Assembly: GCA_963676375.2 (NCBI GenBank)
Contig: CAXXPT010000012.1
Coordinates: 3,035 to 67,034 of the forward strand
Source: Prolixibacteraceae bacterium
Lineage (GTDB): Bacteria; Bacteroidota; Bacteroidia; Bacteroidales; Prolixibacteraceae
Length of the DNA: 64,000 nucleotides
Reading direction: 5' to 3'
A program made the translations under genes and the position numbers. Shown here in pieces: positions 30,502 to 37,042 of this stretch (the first letter of the stretch is position 1; the number at the start of each line of letters is the position of its first letter). The notes beneath the pieces are model-generated. The model saw only the letters and a list, made by a program, of their open reading frames with translations, had not been told where the DNA came from and ran no database searches.

Positions 30502-30612
30502 GGTGGTCAGTTTCCTCCGGAAACAGTGGTCAATTTGCTCCGGAATCTAGTGGTCAGTTTGCCCCGGAAATGGTGGTCAATTTAAACTGGAATCAGGTGG
30601 TCAATTTCACCG
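30502..30612. repeat. IS21 subterminal direct repeats, right end (5 copies, about 22-bp period)
   Basis: Five copies of (A/G)GTGGTCA(G/A)TTT, each followed by a CCGGAA-like or CTGGAA spacer. Confidence 0.75.
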
Positions 30613-30888
30613 TTTTTTCCACTGACATAATAACGTAAAGTTTTACAAGTTTACAACCTCAGTTTCGATTGAGATTTTTCATAATTGTTGTAGATTGTCG
30701 CGTGAAATTGATTGATCAATAATAATTGTCAAATAACTGATACAAAAAATAATATCATTCATAAGTATGGATAGCTACCCTAATCTTGCTGTATACCCTT
30801 TCTTTTGGTAGCGATACAAAATAGTTACATGCAATAATTTAACTTGCAAACGAAGAGATTGATAATTGATTCACAATAGAGCATAAAA

Positions 30889-31704
30889 ATGGCAGCAATA
30901 CCTAAAATTCCGATAGAGATATTAAGAAAGTTATGCGACATTATTGGTGAAACATCTAATGGGCTTTCAAATACTGAGATATCTAAGATGCTCGCTGACT
31001 GTCAAATCAATGATGTTGCCCCAACCCTTAATAAAAGGACAAGAGTATATGAGGCTTTAATTAATAAACAAAATCAAGACAATTGCTCAAATAATATTTT
31101 GAAATTTATTACAACATTTGTTAGTCCAGTAAGCTATATCGGAAATAAGAATCTACACACTGAAAGACTTGGTTACATTAATGAAGTTTTATTATTTGCA
31201 GGATTACAAATTGATGAGAGAGGAACTTTATTAAAGGCAACTGCAGCAAAGACAATAGACGAAGCACAAGAACGCGCTGGTCGTTTAAAGAAAAAACTTG
31301 TTGATAGAGCCGTTCATTCCGATGTCATCAGATTTTGTAACGCAGAACTTCTTCAAGAGAATTATTTTCATGCTGTCTTTGAATCAACAAAAAGCGTAGC
31401 AGATAAGATCAGGGAAAAAACAGGTTTGACACTTGATGGCGCAGACCTTGTAGATAAAGCATTTGGACTTGGACCAACGAACACTCCTAAACTTGCATTT
31501 AATTCCTTGCAGACAGAATCTGAACAAAGTGAGCATAAAGGATTTGCTAATTTACTCAAAGGATTATTTGGAATGTTTAGAAATGTGACAGCACACGTTC
31601 CAAAAATAAAGTGGACGATTAATGAAGAAGATGCACTTGATAGTTTAACAATGGCTTCACTATTACATAGAAAACTTGATAAATGCGTACCGACAGGATA
31701 CTAA
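30889..31704 (+). CDS. HEPN-superfamily protein (Ymh / TIGR02391-like)
   Basis: 271 aa. The C-terminal domain carries an Rx4H motif, R231-NVTA-H236 (FGMFRNVTAHVPK), as in the Ymh clade of HEPN. Confidence 0.65.
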   Translation: MAAIPKIPIEILRKLCDIIGETSNGLSNTEISKMLADCQINDVAPTLNKRTRVYEALINKQNQDNCSNNILKFITTFVSPVSYIGNKNLHTERLGYINEVLLFAGLQIDERGTLLKATAAKTIDEAQERAGRLKKKLVDRAVHSDVIRFCNAELLQENYFHAVFESTKSVADKIREKTGLTLDGADLVDKAFGLGPTNTPKLAFNSLQTESEQSEHKGFANLLKGLFGMFRNVTAHVPKIKWTINEEDALDSLTMASLLHRKLDKCVPTGY

Positions 31705-31769
31705 AAACTGTTTGTAATATGTAGGACTTTAAGCGGTGCGCAGTACCAAGCGTGAAGTCCCGGTTGAAC
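31643..31769 (+). other. attC-like imperfect palindrome after the HEPN gene
   Basis: GTTTAAC-aatgg-CTTCAC ... GTGAAG-tcccg-GTTGAAC. It has a 7-bp outer stem (one G-T), symmetric 5-nt spacers and a 6-bp inner stem, 127 bp in total. The boxes fit RYYYAAC/GTTRRRY. Confidence 0.45.
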
Positions 31770-32014
31770 TACATCCGCATACAGTATCTATTATGGGCTT
31801 ATCAAGGGTATATTGATTCTGATCAGATTGAAATTCGGTAGCTTTCCCCAATTTGGGGGCTTAAACTTACCTTTTTCGCGTTCTGAGGGAAAACTTTTCG
31901 CGAAAATTGCCTGGCCATTCTTCGGAATTGCTTTTTTATTGACTCTTTTTGTCCGGATTAGGCCATACGGCTCCGGCCCTTCCGGATGAAAGGGTTTTGG
32001 TCAGGATGGATGTT

Positions 32015-33166
32015 TTATTGGTGGTTCCGGATATTTTGTGCGTAAAAGCTTGTTGGAGAACGGACCCGTGGCAATTCCTCGACCCGTTGCATGGTTCCCT
32101 GTTTGCAATACGGACACCGACATACATCGAAGCCCGTCAACCGTTTGATTCGCTCCCGCACGTTTTCTTTGGGCTTGAGGCTGATCTCCGTTTTAGGGTT
32201 TTGCTTTTGCTTCAATGCCCTTGCACGGCTGCTGTAAATGCCATACCGGCGTATCTTTACAAAACGGTGCGGCAAAATGTGCTGGCAAAACCTCCGGAGA
32301 AATTCCACCCCGGTGAACGTGACTGGTTTTTGTTTAGCTCCATTGCGATAATCTTTGTGGCGAAAAGTCACACCTGTTTGGTCAACTTTAATTATCCGCT
32401 GGTTGGTAATGGCCACCCGATGTGTGTATTGTCCCAGGTACCTAACCACATGTTCTGCTTTAGCCAGCGAGGGTTCACAATTCACCGACCAGGGTTTGTT
32501 TCTTGCCGCTTTGAGCAAAGGTTTGTACTGCTCATATAACGATTGTTTTTTTAGCCGGCTTTCGATGCATTCCATCAGCTTTCCCCGAAATACCGAGCTT
32601 AACTGTCTGACCGGATACAGGTATTTTCCACTACTCCCAATGTGCTTCATATTTCCGGCAAGTGTTTCCCCTGCTGCCGGAACAATGCAATGAATGTGAG
32701 GGTGCAGACTCAGGTTTTGCCCCCAGGTGTGCAGCACACACACTGCTCCTGTTTCCACCCCGAAACGAGTATAACCCAGTTGGCGCAGGGTTTCCCAAAC
32801 AGCGGAAAACAAACGAATGTAAAACCATTGGCTGTCCAACAGGCAAATGGCATTCAATTCGTGCGCAACCGTGAACACAATATGGTAATGTTTTACCTCA
32901 AGTGTGGTTTCAAGTAAGTCTTCTACCCAGAATGCCTGCTTTGATCCCTGACATTTGGGGCAGTGGCGGTTGCGACAACTGTTATAGCTGATCCGATGTT
33001 TGCCACAGCAATCACATACCTCTTTATGGCCACCTAATTCCGAACTACGGCAAATGCTCAGGGCATTCAGTACCCTTTGCTGGTAACTGTTGGGATGATA
33101 TTCCGATGTAAACTGCGCTCCAAATTGCCGGATTACATCGGCAATCTCGTATTGCGGGCGATTCAT
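32015..33166 (-). CDS. IS91-family (HUH, Y2) rolling-circle transposase
   Basis: N-terminal zinc-binding CDCCG...CRNRHCPKCQ, an HUH-type LHPHIHCIVP, and a Y2 region VVRYLGQYTHRVAI. Confidence 0.9.
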   Translation of the reverse strand: MNRPQYEIADVIRQFGAQFTSEYHPNSYQQRVLNALSICRSSELGGHKEVCDCCGKHRISYNSCRNRHCPKCQGSKQAFWVEDLLETTLEVKHYHIVFTVAHELNAICLLDSQWFYIRLFSAVWETLRQLGYTRFGVETGAVCVLHTWGQNLSLHPHIHCIVPAAGETLAGNMKHIGSSGKYLYPVRQLSSVFRGKLMECIESRLKKQSLYEQYKPLLKAARNKPWSVNCEPSLAKAEHVVRYLGQYTHRVAITNQRIIKVDQTGVTFRHKDYRNGAKQKPVTFTGVEFLRRFCQHILPHRFVKIRRYGIYSSRARALKQKQNPKTEISLKPKENVRERIKRLTGFDVCRCPYCKQGTMQRVEELPRVRSPTSFYAQNIRNHQ

Positions 33167-34065
33167 TTCTTTACCCGGTACAGCGTATCCAGAGGGCTGT
33201 GTGCCTTAATCAGCGGACATTGGGCAACGTGAAGATAAATCATCGTGGTGGCAATGTGTGCATGCCCCAGAAGTTCTTTTAGGGTAACAATGTTCAGACC
33301 TTCTTCCAGCAAATGGGTGGCATAGGTGTGCCGTAGCGAATGCAGGGTGACCTCTTTTCGGATCGCGGTTTTCTTCAGCGATTCGCGCATTACCCACGAC
33401 AGACCCCGAACGCTGTAGCGGCCATCGGGTTCATGCCCGTTAAAAAGCCAGATGTGCGGATGCTCTGCCTGAAGGTACTTCTTCAGCCCTTTGGCCATAT
33501 TATCAGCCAGCGGAACGATACGGTCTTTCTTGTACTTGCTTTGCCGGATGTGAATGGTTCGGCGCTCGAAGTCGATGTCCGACAGTTTCAGGTTGACCAC
33601 TTCCTGCCCACGGAGCCCGGCCGAATAAATCAGCGTTAACACAATGCGGTGTTTGAGCAGCGTGGGTGCCTTAAACAGTTCTTTCAGCTCCGAACGGTTC
33701 AGGATAACGGGCAACTTTGCCTCCTTTTTGAGTGAGGGCAGGGAAATGACTCTTTTGTTTTGTCCGATCAGCCTGAAATAATACCGCAATCCATACACAG
33801 CATGCTTAAACGTGCTTCGCGAAGCTGATTTAGCAGACAAGGCAAGCCCGGTTAGGTATTCGTTGATTTCCTCATCCATGACATGTTCGGGCAACCGTTC
33901 AAAATGAAGCGAGATTTGCGCAATGCGCCGGATGTAATTATCAAGGGTGCTATGGCTTTGGCCACGAAGGGTAACTTGTTGATTAAGCAATTTCAAGGCA
34001 GCAGCAAAGCCTTCAATGGTTTCTGTGGCATGTTCCACGATTGTTTGTCCTGATTTCTTTCTCAT
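33163..34065 (-). CDS. tyrosine recombinase with integron-integrase-like C-terminus
   Basis: Catalytic LRHTYATHLL and LGHAHIATTMIYLHV. HV is followed by 9 residues then SPLDTL, the same spacing as IntI1 (HV-x9-SPLDAL). It lacks the roughly 40-aa IntI-specific insertion. Its stop overlaps the transposase ATG (ATGA). Confidence 0.85.
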   Translation of the reverse strand: MRKKSGQTIVEHATETIEGFAAALKLLNQQVTLRGQSHSTLDNYIRRIAQISLHFERLPEHVMDEEINEYLTGLALSAKSASRSTFKHAVYGLRYYFRLIGQNKRVISLPSLKKEAKLPVILNRSELKELFKAPTLLKHRIVLTLIYSAGLRGQEVVNLKLSDIDFERRTIHIRQSKYKKDRIVPLADNMAKGLKKYLQAEHPHIWLFNGHEPDGRYSVRGLSWVMRESLKKTAIRKEVTLHSLRHTYATHLLEEGLNIVTLKELLGHAHIATTMIYLHVAQCPLIKAHSPLDTLYRVKK

Positions 34066-34167
34066 TGGGAAAACTTTTTAAATTAGTAATCCCGGAAAGT
34101 TCTCAAATCATACTTTATGTTTATATTAGTGAAGATGAAAAAAGCTATCCGCCAGTTGGCGGATTTA

Positions 34168-34297
34168 GTTCAACATCAGCTACTCGGCCAAGTTCGGCAA
34201 CAGGGTTTTCGGTGTGTATCTTTCCGCTTGGGCTGTTTTTCGTCTTGACAGCAAATTGCCCGCAGTCCGCTTATGTGTGTAGCTTTTTGAGTTATGC
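34168..34297 (+). other. attC/attI-like site between recombinase gene and Mrr-like gene
   Basis: GTTCAAC-atc-AGCTAC ... GTAGCT-ttttga-GTTATGC. The 6-bp inner stem is perfect, and the outer boxes pair only partly (4 Watson-Crick pairs plus 1 wobble). Confidence 0.35.
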
Positions 34298-34329
34298 GCA
34301 ATTAGACTTAACCACGAATTAAGCAACAT

Positions 34330-35898
34330 ATGAATGATGAATTAAAATATATATTGACAGATTTTCTCAATATTAAAACCGATTCCTTTAAGAAAGAAAT
34401 TTCAGACGGAATTGAGTTTAGTTTATCATTTCCTCTTCCTTCGATAGGTTTTTCAAATAGTAGGATTGATATTATTAGAGATTATACTGAGGTTTCATAT
34501 TGCTGTGAAGAAATAGCTCCTTTTATAACAATACTAAATTCAGATTTTGTTACAAGGGAGAAATATTATAAGGACTTTAAATTTTCATGTATAGCCAATG
34601 ATGTAGAATCCCTAACAGAGAAATTAGTATTCTTTGCTGAAATGTTACATGGAGACTCTTCTGATTATGATGATATTGATAGAATATGCTTCTTTGATGA
34701 GCTTTCTGAATATGAAGAAAGTTATTCAAAAAGAGAATTTGTTTTTCCTGAATTAATTAATAATTACTGGGCAAACCTAATTAATGGAGCATATTGGGAG
34801 TTCGCATCAGAATATGAGGAATCTGAAAGTAAATTCTTCGCTAAAACATATAAAAAATATCCAGAGCACAGATACGGATTTTGGAAAAGTCCTCTATCCA
34901 AAGATTTTAAAGAGCCAATTTTTTTCTCAACTGAAAACTGGATTATACCACCAAAAACAGACTTGATTGAATCTTTAAAAATTTACTCAGGTTTAGAACA
35001 TAAATTAGTTTTAGAAGCAGCAGATAGAATTGACTACCAAGATCAAATAATATTGTTAAGTAATTCAACTGCTGTTCGTTTTTCTCAGGAAAATGACTTG
35101 ATAAACTCAATAAAATGTACCGAAAGAGCTCTGATGCTTAAAAACAATAAGATTGATAGTGTTAAAGTAACCAATTTGAATAAAACTATTGTACAGAAAG
35201 ATCTATTTGGAGAAGAAGTTCAGCAAAAGAAAGTGAATAAACGAATTAGGCATAATGACAATATCCAAGTTGATTATTCAAAATTAAAATTCAGTCTTTC
35301 AGAATATGGTGATTTAGTAACAGTTGAATACAATAATTATACTCATGTATTCTTTTATAATGAGCCACTTACATTTGATAAAATCAAAGACTTAAATTCT
35401 TATTTGTATCCTGCATTTTCAAAAACACAGAAATTAATTGACAATTCAATAACTGGTACTTGTGACTGGACAAAGTTAGACGATGATTCTTTTGAGGAAC
35501 TATGTTATGATATTTTATATTGTCACCCTCATTTTGATTTCACTACAATAAAAAAAATGGGAAAGTCAAAGTCGAGAGATGGTGGACGTGATATTACAAT
35601 AAAAACAAGAAGGACTCCTACTAAAGAACCAGAACTCTATATATTTCAATGTAAGTTTTTATCCGAAAAGACATCATTATCGACTTCTAAATTACCAAAT
35701 GCGGGAAATGTAATAATGCAATTTGGAGCAAAAGGATATGGCGTTTTTACAAGTACTGTAATTGACTCTACTTTGTATGACATGTTGGATGGATTTAGTC
35801 GGAATATGCATGTTGATACTTCATTTAGTTGGTCGAAGTATGAACTTGAAAGACATCTAAATAAAAATGTAATGATTAAGGATAAACATTTCAAATAA
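34330..35898 (+). CDS. Mrr-type (PD-(D/E)xK) restriction endonuclease domain protein with uncharacterised 370-aa N-terminal region
   Basis: The C-terminus FEELCYDIL...SRDGGRDITI...LYIFQCKF matches the Mrr_cat pattern. The gene is very AT-rich. Confidence 0.65.
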   Translation: MNDELKYILTDFLNIKTDSFKKEISDGIEFSLSFPLPSIGFSNSRIDIIRDYTEVSYCCEEIAPFITILNSDFVTREKYYKDFKFSCIANDVESLTEKLVFFAEMLHGDSSDYDDIDRICFFDELSEYEESYSKREFVFPELINNYWANLINGAYWEFASEYEESESKFFAKTYKKYPEHRYGFWKSPLSKDFKEPIFFSTENWIIPPKTDLIESLKIYSGLEHKLVLEAADRIDYQDQIILLSNSTAVRFSQENDLINSIKCTERALMLKNNKIDSVKVTNLNKTIVQKDLFGEEVQQKKVNKRIRHNDNIQVDYSKLKFSLSEYGDLVTVEYNNYTHVFFYNEPLTFDKIKDLNSYLYPAFSKTQKLIDNSITGTCDWTKLDDDSFEELCYDILYCHPHFDFTTIKKMGKSKSRDGGRDITIKTRRTPTKEPELYIFQCKFLSEKTSLSTSKLPNAGNVIMQFGAKGYGVFTSTVIDSTLYDMLDGFSRNMHVDTSFSWSKYELERHLNKNVMIKDKHFK

Positions 35899-35903
35899 TA
35901 AAA

Positions 35904-36037
35904 GCGCATAACACTGTATATACAAAATGGGCGAGATTGTAGTAAGTTAAATGGTTGTAGCCCGCTTTAAATTGTCTCGGTTTGATTAGTTTGAAGCCCG
36001 CAATCGCTCGCTTTGCATATACTTGTCCGTTGTGCGT
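35904..36037 (+). other. attC-like imperfect palindrome after the Mrr-like gene
   Basis: GCGCATAAC-act-GTATATAC ... GCATATAC-ttgtcc-GTTGTGCGT. The 9-bp outer stem has 2 wobbles, the 8-bp inner stem has 1 mismatch, and AAA/TTT and GCGAG/CTCGC pair further in. It is 134 bp long. Confidence 0.5.
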
Positions 36038-36091
36038 CAGGATACGAATTAGCGGAATCTATTTTGCATTATTGACTTAAATATTTAGAAT

Positions 36092-36643
36092 ATGAAAATT
36101 GCATGTTTAGGTTGGGGATCATTAATTTGGCAACCCAAAAACCTACTTATTAGGAGAGAATGGTTTTCGGATGGACCGTTTTTACCAATCGAATTTGCAA
36201 GAAAATCACAAGATGGCAGATTAACACTTGTGATAACGGAGACAGCTAAACCGATTCGGACATTGTGGGCATTAATGGCGACAGAAAATCTCGATACTGC
36301 TAAAAATTCTTTGCTAGTTCGAGAAGGAATTCCCACAAAAAATATAGATAGTTCTATCGGATCAATAACAATAACAGAAGAAACTGAGAACAAGATAAAG
36401 TTGATTATAAGGGACTGGGCAAATAGGCAGGGACTAGATGCTGTTATATGGACAAACCTTCCACCAAAGTTTGATGCGAACACTTGTGAACCCAGTTTAA
36501 TTCAAGCAATTGATTATTTAAAATCTTTAGATATAAATTCAAGATCAAATGCCGAGGAATATATCAGAAAAACGCCGAAACAAATTGATACGGATTTTAG
36601 ACGGAAATTTGAATCAGAATTTGATTGGACATTTGTTTCTTAA
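36092..36643 (+). CDS. gamma-glutamylcyclotransferase-like (ChaC/GGCT fold) protein, tentative
   Basis: The N-terminal ACLGWGSLIWQP resembles the ChaC/GGCT signature [FY]GYGSLIW. The protein is 183 aa. Confidence 0.4.
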   Translation: MKIACLGWGSLIWQPKNLLIRREWFSDGPFLPIEFARKSQDGRLTLVITETAKPIRTLWALMATENLDTAKNSLLVREGIPTKNIDSSIGSITITEETENKIKLIIRDWANRQGLDAVIWTNLPPKFDANTCEPSLIQAIDYLKSLDINSRSNAEEYIRKTPKQIDTDFRRKFESEFDWTFVS

Positions 36644-36683
36644 CGCACGAACGCACAACATCCAGAAGGTGGAAGATTTGAGC

Positions 36684-36902
36684 ATGCTTATCGAAAAATG
36701 GCGCAAGCCCACCGAAACCAGAAGGAACCTGCAAACCTTCTCTCTGGGAGCAGATGGGTTGGGTGCAACAGTATTCCTTTGGGACGCATCAGGAAAAGAG
36801 GTTAAAACTTCTAACACTCCGGTAGTATTCGCTGTGATGGAAGAAATCAAAACGACTTTGGATGAACGGATCAAAGAAGTTGAAACCCAGATCAAGTTCT
36901 GA
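36684..36902 (+). CDS. small hypothetical protein or gene fragment (72 aa from ATG 36684)
   Basis: The ORF lies in a locally GC-richer segment and is followed directly by a strong hairpin. The upstream part of track ORF 36549 overlaps the previous gene and is probably not translated. Confidence 0.3.
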   Translation: MLIEKWRKPTETRRNLQTFSLGADGLGATVFLWDASGKEVKTSNTPVVFAVMEEIKTTLDERIKEVETQIKF

Positions 36903-36904
36903 AA

Positions 36905-36933
36905 AAAGAAAGAGGCGAAATGCCTCTTTCTTT
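36905..36933 (+). terminator. stem-loop terminator candidate
   Basis: AAAGAAAGAGGC-gaaat-GCCTCTTTCTTT forms a perfect 12-bp stem starting 2 nt after the stop codon. Confidence 0.55.
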
Positions 36934-37042
36934 AAGAGTATGAATAGAGTACTTTTATTAGTCAGAAAACAAAAAATAGTAATTGACAATTGACTCTTAT
37001 TGTTTATCTTTGATATAATATTAAAATTCAATTACAACTCCA

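Larger units (their letters stand above)
28000..30621 (-). mobile_element. IS21-family insertion sequence (istA-istB)
   Basis: 26-nt terminal inverted repeats: TGTAAATTCCGGTCAAAGTGACCACC at 28000-28025 versus the reverse complement of 30596-30621, TGGAAAAAACGGTGAAATTGACCACC (20/26). Both ends carry multiple subterminal GGTGGTCAATTT-type repeats. The element is 2622 bp. Confidence 0.85.
31763..34174 (-). mobile_element. tyrosine recombinase + IS91-family Y2 transposase module bounded by 20-bp inverted repeats
   Basis: GTTGAACTACATCCGCATAC (31763-31782) matches the reverse complement of 34155-34174, GTTGAACTAAATCCGCCAAC (17/20). GTTC tetranucleotides sit at both ends. A perfect palindrome ATCCGCCAGTTGGCGGAT is at 34147-34164. 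Confidence 0.5.

Noticed and set aside
30502-30612. Five regularly spaced ~22-bp direct repeats that at first glance resemble a mini CRISPR array
   Set aside because: The spacers are only about 10 nt. The same motif occurs inverted at the other IS end (28008-28073). This is the multi-repeat terminal architecture of IS21-family elements.
30651-30693. A short palindrome TTACAAC-CTCA...TGAG...GTTGTAG upstream of the HEPN gene, considered as its 5' cassette boundary
   Set aside because: It is only 43 nt, lacks attC spacer geometry, and its core does not complement the HEPN unit's inverse core (GTTTAAC).
31949-32539. A 196-aa plus-strand ORF, plus several 60-110-aa ORFs, antisense to the IS91 transposase and recombinase
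   Set aside because: The minus-strand proteins carry complete, recognisable catalytic motifs. The antisense ORFs have no motifs and look like shadow frames of a GC-richer gene.
36549-36683. The N-terminal 45 codons of track ORF 36549-36902
   Set aside because: This part overlaps the 3' end of the GGCT-like gene in another frame. Only the part from ATG 36684 is kept, as a low-confidence small ORF.
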